Shown here: in pieces, positions 12,901-25,985 of the stretch | Layout of the letters: each line of letters begins with the position of its first letter | How positions within the stretch are numbered: the first letter of the stretch is position 1 | Assembly: GCA_028023455.1 (NCBI GenBank) | Contig: JAQFVV010000004.1 | Span: forward strand, 13,392,001-13,456,000 | Length of the DNA stretch: 64,000 bases | Reading direction: 5' to 3' | From: Epiperipatus broadwayi | Taxonomy: Eukaryota > Animalia > Onychophora | Made by a program: the position numbers and the translations under genes | Notes under the pieces: model-generated | Seen by the model: the letters and a program-made list of their open reading frames with translations, nothing else | Database searches by the model: none | What the model was told of the DNA's origin: nothing

Positions 12901-14949
12901 CATAGCAAATATAGAGCTAGATAAATACAAAAAAAAATTCTGTAATAATTAAAATTTTTAAACTCACTAATACATATATTTATATATTTTCATTAAGTAC
13001 AGATTTATTTTAAGTAGTTTTTTTTTTTTGTTTGTTTTAGTGATTAGGAAATAAAGATCTGTATTGTTTACGTTTTCCAATAAAAGCTAAATGTGTTTTT
13101 TTACAAAATTAATCTTAATCAGAATTAAATCAATTGCAAATAATATTAACCTTTCTCTGATATTTATTTATTCTGCAAAATATATTTATTTATTATTATA
13201 TATTTGATTATGCTTATTAAACCTACGCATATATACCGTATATATTTTAAAAAGAAATGATTTTTAATTTTAAAGTTTTTTTTTCCTAAGGACTAATTGG
13301 CAATCATTATTAAAAATTTCCATTTCGTTTTCACAATTTTTTATAAAAATATTATTTTCTAGCATATGTTAATTAATACCAAAATAACAGTAACAGTTTT
13401 AATTATGATATTATACTAATTAGACTTTTTTTGAAAAAAATTCATCTCATTAACTAGTTTTGATTTTATTCTTTTGTAAGTTTTTGACTATTAGTGATTA
13501 TTAAAGTTTAGATTTTGCAATTAATTAAAGAAATAATATTTATATATTGTAACGGGAAAATGCATTAATTACTCTATGAAGCCGACTGTAGGAAGCGCTA
13601 AAATTTATGTATCTGAAAACTCCAGATATTACTGCATGCATCAGCATCTAATAAGTCATTATATAAAAGATTAATGAGTCTCTATGTACATGTAAATTAA
13701 TTTATATATTTAAATATATTGCAGTCCAAATGTAATATATTGTCTTGATTTAACAGGAATGTATATAGATTATCCATCTGGCTTTCTCAACCAGATCCCT
13801 TTGAATTGGCATTGATAAACATGTGCGTACACTTATTTGAACTACCAATAAATATGATCACTGTAGAGACAATATATTTCTATTCTAATATACCTTTTCT
13901 CCATTGCATGATTTATTCGTTATAAAAAATGTTAAAAGTGAAACTAGCACTTATGGTAGAAATATGTTGGAGTATCAGTTTCCACAAAATGATAGTAAGA
14001 TATACCTAATTATAATTAAACATATAATTTGCAAACAGTAATCTCTTTTCATCTTGGAATACCTCACAAGCAATATCAAATAAACATATACACATAGACA
14101 TTCTTCCTTATTTTCTGTCTACATATACATTAAGGAAACATTTTTATCAGATATTAGAGTTTATTTATAATAAAATAAGCAGAAGAGTTTAACAAATAAC
14201 AACAGAGTTAAAAATAATGGCTAATAAAATAATTAGGAAATGATATTATTTCATTCTTTTACTATATTTTGTACACTTCATTTTTTGGTTAATTAATTAT
14301 CGAAGAAATCAAAATAAAATTCAAAACTGTCTATAAAAATTTACAGTTCGGTGCATTTTGACTTTTAGTATATACAAATGTCTACCAAACAAGAGTTAAA
14401 TATTCTGTGTAGCGGTCTAAGTTTCATGTTTATTGTAAACAGATCATCTATTGATCTTTCAAAAAAAGACCAATCTACACAAATATATAATTTATAGTCA
14501 TGTTGAGATTCTACTCCCTAGATTTATGAAATTATGGAAAGACTTTATCTATTGAAACACATTACTAGCAATAATATATATATATTAATCTGAGTTTTGA
14601 AACACTATAATAAATACTAACAATCATTGAGTAATATCTATTTCAAAAGATATTATGCTATCAGCATAATTCACAAGGAACTAAAGTATTAATTAACATA
14701 TACTCTTATATACATTTTTAAATGCCAGATATATCCTAAACAGACATTGTTTTATTTAGGAAACACTGAAGATATATCAAAATCAAAAATAGTTATCCTC
14801 TAGAAATGATTGGTTTAGTACACTGTTTATATATTCGAACTTTAGAGTATTCTTCATTGTTCTAATAATACTTCTTAAAATTTTTGAATTATATTGATTT
14901 TTGATAGAATGCATTTTAAACATGGTATGGATATTTTTGTTTCAAACCA

Positions 14950-17240
14950 ACTCATAAACAAAAACTTTTATTAAAATATTTCAATTAATAGTGAGATCAC
15001 TATTTGCATAAATAGTTTTATGGATCAATATTATAAACCTTCCAATATATCCTGATCCTATGCCTCTTTCCATATCGTCCTATAATTTTTGTAATTATTG
15101 GAGATTTCTATTTTGATAGTAGTTTTTGGGTATGTGTAAATGACTATCAAGTTATAAACTTTTAGAGTGATTAGAACACACATTTCTTTATGATGCCAAA
15201 CAAAGAAAACATTTCATTCAGGCAAATGAGGAATAAAAAGTAATTTGATTTACATTTTGTTTTGATAAAGAATAGTTCTTCATTTCCTGACTAATACTAC
15301 TAATACTGGATTATTTCAACTATATTTATCACAAAACAAATGTAAACATGGTAAAAATCCATATTCCTATAATGAAAATTTATCCTGTTTCAAGCTGGGA
15401 ATTAAAATGGGCAAAAGTAGTCAATATGCTGGATATCTTAAACAAAATATTAATAAAACCCTTCCAATTCTTTCTTGCCATGATAGGATGAACATATCCA
15501 TAATAACAACTTCCAAACAATTCATTATGCTGGGATATTGAAAACAGTGTTTCTTTACAGCGAACTTTTGAATATAACAAAAATCTAAAAATTGTTTGTA
15601 AATTTGTGAAATCATTGGATGTTTCCAGAAAAAGGATGTGAGAGAAATCATGGAAAAGTGAAACTTTTCAAGATTTATTCATAAGGGTATTTTTGGGAAA
15701 GCTTGTTGGATGGAAAAACACTTATAAAAGAACTATTACTGTCACTGCAATGAAAATTGCCAATTTATATATCAGACTTCTAAATCCACTAATAGAAGAA
15801 AAAAAGAATCAGTAGAACAGAATCACAAGATATTCTTTCTGTATGTTCTTCATCAATTTGAATAAATCTGTAGATGTTGATAAAGTTGAACTTGCGCTTG
15901 ACTATCTTGAACCATAAGAGGTTCCAGAAGAATTTACATACTATCACAGTTTTTTAAAATGTTTTATGACTTAAAGCATGATTGGAAAAACTATTCAACA
16001 ATATATTATAAATAAATTATTCCAAAAATTTAAGGTAAAAGCAAAACTATAGCAATCTTAAGGTCAAATTAACCTAGCAATAATCCAAACATTATTAGCC
16101 AATATCATTATGTGTTTCCTATAAAATTTTGGAAAAAATCATATTAACATAAATTTGATACTAATTGAGAACCATCTACCCATAGAGAAAACTGGGCTTT
16201 GACTAGAAAAAGGCTAATGTGAATAAATTTAATCTATAGCAATTCACATTGAAAATGCTTTCAAAACAAATTAAAACTAGTTCTGTTTTTTGCTTGAAAA
16301 AATAGACTTATTTCAAGTGCTAAATGATAATTTTAGTAAATCAAAATTTTTCAGAACAGTTTTCTGTAGGGTTATGTTCTCTCACTTATTTTATTATAAT
16401 CATTAGTAATCTTCCAGTTACAAGCTTTATCAAACAGCACTGCCCAATAAATGACTCCACATTCAATTCTAAAATATCATTATGGCAAGCATACACAATC
16501 CTCCATCCAATCTTACATCCTATAATCAACACATTTTATTACAATAATCAGAAACTGGTATCCAACTTTAAAAGATGGAGTCTAGAGGCTAAATACCTAG
16601 ACTTCCTCATTAAATACAACATTAATGGACTACCTACTAATTACTTCCTCTTTTACAAATGTGGTCATAACATAGACCCTACTTGCAGCATTTGCATGAA
16701 CGGCGATGAAACATTGGAACACCTTTTCTCACAATGTATGGGATTCAGAGTGATCCGAGAAATCATACTCTCCAACACCAAGATAGATTTCCAACTGATC
16801 TCATCTCTGAAAGATAGTATCAATAATAAAACCTATCCAATAATATGTCTCTCGGTGTTTTTGAACTATGCCATATGGGTTACATGTTGTAAACTAATCA
16901 TGGAACACCCATGACCTAATATAAAACAGGTTTTTTCCAAAACAATGATTAGAATCCAGAAGAGAGACCAACTCCTGGCATCGTCAAAAACATTTGAAGA
17001 CACTTGGACATTATACAATATGCCAAACTAACAACAAGGCAAAGGGGGGGGGGCTAATAATCAGATAACAAATATGTGAAAGATCTAATGTTCACACCAT
17101 ATTGGGCAACATAGACTCATCAGAACCCAAATGGAAATAACAAGATAGTTAGAACAACAATGTAAACCCCAATTGTATGATTACACATCACTGTATACAT
17201 TAGAAATAATAAATTATTATTGAAACAAGAATATAAAAAA
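14950..17240 (+). mobile_element. Decayed L1/Tx1-like LINE ORF2 (APE relic, RT relic, zf-RVT) and 3' UTR
   Basis: VIIGDF APE motif ~15095; FFINLNKSVDVDKV resembling D..KAFD ~15845; ORF 16324-16914 carries DPTCSICMNGDETLEHLFSQC (zf-RVT type); AATAAA and A-rich end ~17210-17240. Confidence 0.65.
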
Positions 17241-18010
17241 TTGATCTATGCTGATAGTATTGCTTTGGCTTCTCAAAAACATCCTTTCCTGAGGTAAAAA
17301 AAAAATCTCACAATAAATATAAGAAGAGATTGACTATTTTTTCAATGGCAAAGACCCCATTCATAATTCCATTATGATTTTCTGCTCAATTTCTCATCTA
17401 AATATAAGGGAATCATATTATAAAAATGAATCCTATCCTATACAATTTAGGAGTAACTTTTGATTTTTTATTTTTCACATTTATTTAAAATTAGAATTAG
17501 TTTCTAGAAATAAACTTCAAAGATAGCAGGCACTACTTAGAATGGGTGCAAGTATTTTATAAACAGTTTCTTTGCTAATGGCATATTATCACAAAAATTA
17601 TTACTGTGACACTCAAACTTACTCTTTTGCAGCTTTTTCACATATTTCTCTGCCAAATATTAGATAACAAATTATCTTGTAGAAAATATACAAAAAGGTG
17701 TTAAGCAGATCAGATTACCTAATACTTGTCTCCACCACTTCAAACTCATCTCAAATCAAGATCCTTCTTTTGGATTTTTAACTTAGAATTTATAATCAAA
17801 GAATTGAAATTTTTACAATTTCCCCAACAAATTTATTTTTGCAGATAGAACAGTCATCTGGATTTGATCTTCCTGGATGCAATTGAATTCTCAACAATAG
17901 AATCAGAACAACTTATGATCATTGTATCTGTATAATTTATAAATAGAATTTAACAGTAAATATGGGCAAACACAAAACATTAATCACATAATTAATAACT
18001 GTTAAAGCTA
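17240..18010 (+). mobile_element. Decayed non-LTR retrotransposon 3' half
   Basis: IYADSIAL (YADD-like) at ~17246 and SGFDLPGCN*ILNNRIRTTYDHC, matching the common PGFDLPR..W..LNRIRTG..RC LINE C-terminus. Confidence 0.55.
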
Positions 18011-20379
18011 TAACTACAATAAAATTATTATTAAATCTATCATTTAATTAAATTCTCCAAGTTCCCTTATGATATTTTGTTAATAGACATGTGTCTAAAA
18101 ATTTTACATGCTAATTTAATATATAAATAGTGCATTTTTATTATAGGAAATATACCACTGAAAATTAATATTCTCCAGCACTATCTAACAGTGATATTCC
18201 CTTTTATAAAAAGGTTTCTGGATTAGTGTAGCCAAAATTAACATTAATATTCAGAATCACCTACAATATAATTTAATTGGCATTGTTTTAAATAACTTCT
18301 TGTAAAGGATGTGATCATCTAGTAAATTTTGCAGGTAATATTTCATAAATATGTTAACTGTATATGCTTTTATTTCAACAATAATATTCTCCAGGAGTTG
18401 CTACAAAATTAAAAGAGATATCAATCATTATCTAAACCTAACATTAAATTCATGAATATTTTCATATCTTTATATACGATGCAAAGATGTATAATTATCT
18501 TATCTTAAAATACATGTAGATTATATACAGCGTTTAACCATCATGGATTTTAAAAAAATAAAATCTTAATATAAAATATCATCTTTAATGTAAAATATAT
18601 TATTGGAATTTCTTATTGACATTTAAATGTTAAAGATTGTATAAATGAAAATTAGAATAATAATTATATAAAGATAAATATAAAATCTTTCTCTTTTTAT
18701 ATAATTTGAAATAATGAAGTCACCTTTTGCTCTTTAATTCGGGGAGGGGAGTGTTGAGAAAAAAACAAACAAAAAAGACATCCCAATTAAAATATAATTT
18801 TTTTCTTTCCTTTTTATGTGAAAATTATTTTTTCTGTATGAAAAATGGTAGTTTTAACAATGAAGTTGTAAGACAATGAAAAATAGACAAAATTCGAGAT
18901 TGATATGAAAAAATATTAATTGCATAATTTCTCAGATCAGCACGCATATGCAATAGACTTTGATAGTTTAAAAGGAAAATATATAAAATTGATTTATTTT
19001 AACGTAGAATTATTTTCTTGATCATTATGAATGGAGTACGTACTTTGGAAGTTTAGAATTGATCCCATGGTCTTAAAAGACTAATCTTATTTGATTTTAA
19101 GTTGAAGCACTAAACTAACTTTTAATATTATCTAGCTTATATATGTTTTTTTAATTTTCTTATTTCTCTCTTTCATTATCAATTACGTGTTATTCTTTTA
19201 TTTATACATTGAAATATGTGAGTTTTTCAAGGATCGTGTCTCTGAAGATTGCCTTTGATTTATCTTAGGAAATAAAATAATTTGAAGACAAACATCCAAT
19301 TTTACAATGACACAATACTGAATATTATCTTTTAAATACACAAACATTGATTATATATTTACAAGATTGATTTATTTCCCTATAAATTTTCTCACATTCA
19401 TATACAGGACATATTGATAAGTTTTGTAAAATAAAAATAAAATATTATTTAACAATTTCTAATAGAAAATACGTTTTCTTTTTTTAAATTTTAAATAAAA
19501 ACAATTTCATCTTTTCAGTTTTATAAGAATGTATTATTTTAAAATGATTTTTAAAAACTATTTGCACAATCCACGCACACACACATATATATATATATTC
19601 TATATGCACTTGTATTATCCTGTCCAGGCTTAAAGATTCAATCCCTCTTTAAATGTAGTGAATATGAAATCACATTTAGATTTTTGGGGGCGTTTTATGC
19701 GAGGATGAGTTAGTAGTGCATTAGCGGGATGTCGATTCATCATAGGCTAAATACAACAATTTTGATTACAAACAGTCTTTTTCCGGCTCTGCTTTTTCTT
19801 TCTTCAATCAGTTAAGTTAATATACTGCACAGTCATCAAAAGCTTCTTATACCATTAATCATCTCCTTATGTTAAATGTGACAATTGCATTGTGTTTGTG
19901 CAATCATATTTCCATTCATTAAAACTAAACACACAACACTATTGATTCCTATTCCATTTTCCACTTTAATAGTTCAACCTTTCAAGAATTAAGAAAACAG
20001 GAAAATAGACTTGGTAGGCTGGCAGTTATTAGTTGTGGTCTTTGTGTGAGACTACACAATCATTAATGAATTGGTTTGGAACTGGATTTGAAATAGAAGT
20101 TACATCTGGAAAAGATAACCCTAATTTAGGGATGCCACTGATTTCAAAAAAAAGTGCAAGGATGCCTGTCTCACATTGTTTATTTAGATTTTCACACCTG
20201 GAAGATTAATCATATAGTAATAGAAATAATAATAGTAATAATAATAATGATAATAATATCAGTAGTAGTGGTAAAGCAAGCATAGTAGTAGTAGTACTAG
20301 ATGTAAATGTTATAAATTTAATTTCTAAATTTTAACTGACACAAATTCTTCAAGATCATAAAAAAAGAGTATTTTGGGT

Positions 20380-22430
20380 GCTAAGGAGCTGTCAAGATTT
20401 AACATTGCTATAGCAGATCTTAGTGAAATTCATCTTTCACATAAAGAAAGTTTAAGAGAACAGGTTGGTAGCTACAAGTGTTTTGGAAGGGCAGATAAGC
20501 CAGAAAAAAGAGAATGTATCATGTGGGATTTGCTATAAAGTCTAATTTAGTATCTTCTATTTTGATACTAGTACTTATTTTATTAAAGATTATGCTTCAA
20601 TCTTGGATTCAGAAAATTTAAAGAAAGAATGCTCTTATTCTTTGCTGATAGCATTATTACAACCATGCATATAAAATATCAATTTTTTATTCTGTATGGA
20701 GATGTCGAAATAAATAGTAAGTTCAGGCAAAAAGTTGTTGGAAATAAGTAAATTCAAACAGTTTGTTTTTATTAAATTATTAACAGCAAATGTGTTCATT
20801 ATCACAAATATGATAGTTAAAGAAATCATTTTAGAGGAACATGGATATGGCATTTAATAGATTACATTATAATTAGGAGTCAGAATACAAAAAAAGTTCA
20901 AATCACACAAGTAGTACAAGTGAAATTTGTTGGATCGATTATAGATTAGTATAACTAAGATTAAAAGGATTATTTCATTAAAAAGTAAAAGCATCTCCTG
21001 TATATATTAAATTTCAACAACTTTTTAATTTGGAATTCAGGATTGTCATTTTATTAAAGCATGTAGTGAATACAAATAAATTCTTGGTTTAGATAAAATA
21101 AGAACCACGACTCATTTTTACAATAATCTCATTATTAACAATTTAATTAAAATGAAATATGTGATACTTTCTGCTTGATAGAATAGTGGAATTCATAATA
21201 AAAATCAAGAGCTGAAAGCAAATGTTCAGCTATTGATAAGAAGGTTTTTAAATGATGGGGTAAAACTGCAAAAAAATACTGACATTCACTGATCATAATC
21301 ACTCTAGATCTTTTTTTAATGCACTAAAACAACATATGGATCTGAGAAATGATATCATCATCAATTTGACACTCTCTTATATGATGCTAGTGATGTTTTG
21401 AACAAATGAAAGGAGTATTTTGATCATCTGTTTAATAATGATACAAAAATTGAAATGATGACCTTTAATGATATATCCATTTTTTTATCTATCCATTTAG
21501 GTTTAGATGGTGATAACCAGCTTAATGAAATCAAACCAGCTCTTTATAATCTTAAAAATAGAAAGGCTGCAGATAATGGTGAAATATGTGAAGTTTTAAA
21601 ATGTGATCATATTAGCTTCGAAAATATTGAATTTTTAAAGAAATGTATAGACCCATGAAGTTATGCCACTTGATTTAAAGGATGTTTTTATTATTCCAAT
21701 TTGGGGTCAAAGATTTTTTAGTCAAAGAATTATCTAGTACCATAGATATGGCTTTTATTTCCAGGCAAGTCAAAAAAGTGTCAGAAACAAAGCATGATGT
21801 ATATATTCCTTTTTATTCAAGAAAAGTATCAAGAACAAAAGTGATTTATATATTTTTTTTATTCATTTGATCAATAACTTTGATACTTGAAATTTGATGA
21901 TTGTTCACCAAAATTTATTCTTATTATATAGCTTCTATATAATGGAATGAGAGAAAATCTTATTACTATAGATGAAAAATATAAGACATTTGAAATAAAT
22001 CTGGTGTACAACAATGTGTACATACTCTGGTATTGTTTTGTTTTCAATTTTTATGCCACTGGTCTTTAGATCTGCTTATAAGAAGTTTAATGAAACAGGG
22101 ATCAAGATATGAGGTTTTGATAGTATTTTTTTTTTTTTTTTTTACAAATTTGATTAGATTAAAAGCAAAAACAAGAACTCCACTTTCTTTGATTCTGAAT
22201 TGACAGTAAACTGCTGATTATGTTATTTTACCAGTTCAAAAGATAATTTAAAAGTTAGTATTCAATGTTTTGAATATCACAGATAAAGACTTCATTTTGA
22301 TAATTACTGTTCAAATATCTAAAGTTGTTTATTAAACAATGACAGAAAAAAAATTCTCACCAACTTTTAGTATGAATGTTTAATCAATTTAAGAAAAACA
22401 ATTTAAATATCTTGGTAGTTTTTTAAATAG
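20380..22430 (+). mobile_element. Decayed RTE-clade LINE (APE + RT)
   Basis: DYIIIRS APE end ~20860; NEIKPALYNLKNRKAA ~21520; QFG...STIDMAFISRQV ~21700; GVQQCV..L (GVRQGC-like) ~22003. Confidence 0.7.
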
Positions 22431-22517
22431 AAAGATAGATTTAAATACCAAGATATTTTTGTATAGACTTCAATGTGATCTGCTGCTTGCTATATATATA
22501 TATATATATAATTGGAT

Positions 22518-22998
22518 TGCTATATATATATATATATATAATTGGATTTGAATTATACAAATAAAAGGATTCAAGAAATCCCTGGGACAATTGATAACTT
22601 TTATCTAGTAAGAATTTACTTACATCTATAAGTGGACCCTTCTGATTGGAGATAAGCCTCGCTCTCAGAGTTTAGAGATTTCATTGGTAAAAATAGACTT
22701 TAGAGAACAATAGCGAGATACAGAGAAAAAAACACCTTCCCAGGAATCCGGGCAGTCGCACTTGAGTTCCACGACCAGGGAAGAAGGAATAATTCACTCA
22801 TCGGAGAATAATCGGATAGGATATGAGCCGACGGATAAGGCAACAACTTTGGGAGATTGATATCGTAGCGCAGTGCAGCACTAAGATACATAGCAAGCCT
22901 CGATTAAAGCCGGATAATCCCCGCAGTGTTCATAATCCTAACCCGGTCCATAGTGTAACTTCTCGATCATTTTCCACAGCGAATTTCAAGACATATCA
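22518..22998 (+). repeat. 5' LTR of Mag-like gypsy element
   Basis: CpG-richer block ending ...tatCA immediately before a PBS; start inferred at TG of tgc(ta)10attggat, which is tandemly duplicated (22488-22547). Confidence 0.55.
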
Positions 22999-22999
22999 T

Positions 23000-23010
23000 T
23001 GGCGCAGTCG
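23000..23010 (+). promoter_or_regulatory. Primer binding site (tRNA-Ser type)
   Basis: TGGCGCAGTCG directly after the LTR end, complementary to the 3' end of eukaryotic tRNA-Ser (...CGACUGCGCCA). Confidence 0.7.
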
Positions 23011-23082
23011 ACAAACCAGTAGGATATTCAGAAATATATAAACATCGGGAAAACTAGTAATCCGAAATTCACAAATTTATAA

Positions 23083-25985
23083 GTGACGCCGTTCAAATTA
23101 AACATGGCGCAGGTAAACGTTGGAGAATTTGATGTGCATAGACAATCAGAATGGCCTCTATATGCAAGCCACATAGATAAATACCTTTTAATGAACAATA
23201 TTGTAAAGGACGAGAGAAAAATTGCCACTCTATTGTATTTTGCGGGTCCAGATGTAATTAAAACAGCAAATCATTTATGCAACCCGAAAAAACCAGAAGA
23301 ACTGAAATATTCAGAACTACAGGACATACTTCAAAAATATTTTGATCCCAAACCAACTAAACACATAGCACGCCTCCATTTCCAGAATCGTAGGCAAAAT
23401 AGAGGCAAAAATACTCGAAAATTCGATATTGCACTACAGGAGTTAGCAAAAGATTGTGTTTTTGGGAATTATTTGGAAGAAGCACTATTGCAGCAATTCT
23501 TATGGGGCATGTCTGACGGGAGGCTCCAAGAGCAGTTATTAACAATCGATGACCTTACATACAAAACAGTGATCAAAATGGGCCTCGCACACAAAGCGGC
23601 TATGGAGCAATCAAAACAATTCCAGAGCGCAACGGCAGCAGAATGACATCAAATAAACCTCGTGGAGCTAAACGGAAATGACAAAACGAAGTGTTTCAGG
23701 TGCGGAAAATCCGGACATTTAGCTAAAACGTGTAAACAAATAAACTTCACGGAAAGAAATGAAAATGACGAAATGAAGTGTTACAGATGTGGAAAATCCG
23801 GACATTTAGCAAAAACGTGTAAATGGAAAAAGAGTAAATGTAAAAATTGCGGAAAAATAGGACACTTAGCGGAAGCGTGTAAAAACAATGGGCAAGTGGA
23901 AATTAAAAATACGGAAACCATTAATAACGACCAAATAATGTTGTCAGTAAAAATATTTGACCAACCATTTACCATGGAAATTGACAGTGGTTCTGAAATA
24001 TCTTTAATGGCTTATAGAGATTGGAAAACAATAATGCAATTTCACAATCGAACCAGTAATCTAGAAAAAACAAATCTGATAGCAAAAGACGTAAACGGGA
24101 AGCACATTGAAATAGTCGGGAAAGTTATTTTTCCGGTACAAACAAATAGCAAAATCACCGACCTCCCGTTATATATCATTCACAGAAAAACAAACCCCAT
24201 AATTGGAAGAAATTGGTTCAAACCCATGGGCATTAAAATAACTATCACAAAAAAAAATATGATTGAAAAGGAAATACGCAATACATTCCTGTCATTGTTT
24301 AAAAAAGAACTAGGGGAAATTAGAACAAAACCAGTTGAAATACAGCTTAGGGAGAATGCAAAGCCTATGTTGTGTAAACCACGGAGAGTGCCATACGTGC
24401 AACGAGAAAAACTAGCCAATGCACTGGAAGAGTTAACAAATAAAGGGGTATTGACACCTATGGAAAACTCAGAGTGGGCGACACCTATAGTAATCATTAC
24501 TAAGCCAGACGGCAGTATACGTATTTGTGGTGATTACCGGATAACAGTTAACGCACCTTTAAATAAAAACAATTATCCAGTGCCAAATGTGCGTGAAGTA
24601 TTAGCCACTTTCGAGGGAGCAACTCACTATGCAAAATTAGACTTTAATGCTGCATTTCACCAAATACCAGTAACAGGAAAGTCAGCAGAGATCTTAACAC
24701 TGACTACACCTTTTGGTCTATTTAAATACAACCATTTGCCCTTTGGAATTACCACCACACCAAATATTTTCCAATCAAACATAGACCAACTACTCTGAGG
24801 AATAAATGGTGTGATACCTTACTTCGATGATATATTAATAACGGCAGATTCAGAGACAGAACTCCAGAGTAAGGTTCATGAAGTCTGCGGAAAGCTAGCA
24901 AAATCAGGAGCCAGACTAAATGAAGAAAAATGTATCTGGAATACTTCAGAAATTAAATTTCTAGGACACATAATATTCAATAATGGTAAAAAACCAATGC
25001 CTGAAAAGATACGGGCTATTAAAAATGCAAAAACACCTCAGAATGTCAAGGAATTACAATCTTTCCTGGGCCTTATTGGATATTTTGAATGTTTTCTTAA
25101 AGGAAAAGCCCACATTGCCAGTAAGTTATATAAGTTATTAGAGAAAAACCGGAAGTGGAGCTGGGGTAGAATACATGAAGAAGCATTCAAGAAGACAAAA
25201 AGCTTGCTAACATCAGATGACCTACTCATAAACTACAATAACAATGAACAGATAATATTAACCACTGACGCATCAGAATATGGAGTAGGAGCAGTAATAA
25301 GTCACCCCACAGATGAAGGTGAACGACCCATAGCTTATGCTTCAAGAACATTATCAAGGTCTGAACGGAACTATAGTCAACTAGACAAAGAAGCCTTGGC
25401 AATCATTTTTGGGATAAAAAAGTTCCACCAATATCTATATGGAAGGCATTTTACAGCAATCACTGACCACAAACCATTACTGTGAATATTTTCGAGGTCA
25501 AAACAATTACCCGATCACTTGAGCCCACGCATGCTGCATTGGATTGAAATATTATCTGCATATGATTATTCCCTTGAATACAGGAGATGCAGCTTTATAA
25601 CACATGCTGACGCACTGTCCCAAATACCGGATAATAATGGAAAAACAATAGACAAGTCTCTATAAACTATATAGATACATGGGAATCAAATGTGTTGAAT
25701 AGTGAATTAGTAGCAAAATGGACTAAATTAGACGATGGATATAGACTATTATGGAATTGGATATGTAATGGCTGGCCAATTAAATGACCCAACAATCTCC
25801 CAGTGGCATTCTGGAAAGCATGAGACCAACTGTCAATAAATAAAGAATGCATACTGATAGGCGATCGAGTAATCATACCAGTTCAAGGTCGCTCAGCAGT
25901 CTTAAGTTTGATCCATGATGGACATCCTGGAATTGTAAGAGCCAAAGCTTTGGCACATTCCTGTGTATTGTGGCCTATGTATGGT
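23083..25985 (+). pseudogene. Mag/K02A2.6-like Ty3/gypsy gag-pol polyprotein, 3'-truncated inside integrase
   Basis: ORFs 23083-23646, 23662-24798 and 24811-25485 share one frame: gag (LLYFAGPD), 3 CCHC knuckles, protease MEIDSGSEISL, RT (ICGDYR, YFDD), RNase H (DASEYGVGAV...YSQLDKEALAIIFGIKKF), then integrase N-part (HDGHPGIVRAK) after a frameshift near 25670. Confidence 0.92.

Noticed and set aside
19242-19285. HHR at CTGAAGA ~19242
   Set aside because: Core start only; stem II and GAAA context not recoverable.
19690-19760. HDV-like ribozyme upstream of the RTE element
   Set aside because: A GGCTAA motif and a hairpin are present but P1, P2 and P3 cannot be assigned with correct spacing.
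23644-25823. TGA read-through or TGA=Trp recoding in the gypsy polyprotein
   Set aside because: Trp is encoded by TGG throughout, and the TGA sites fall where homologues have Arg/Gly-type residues.
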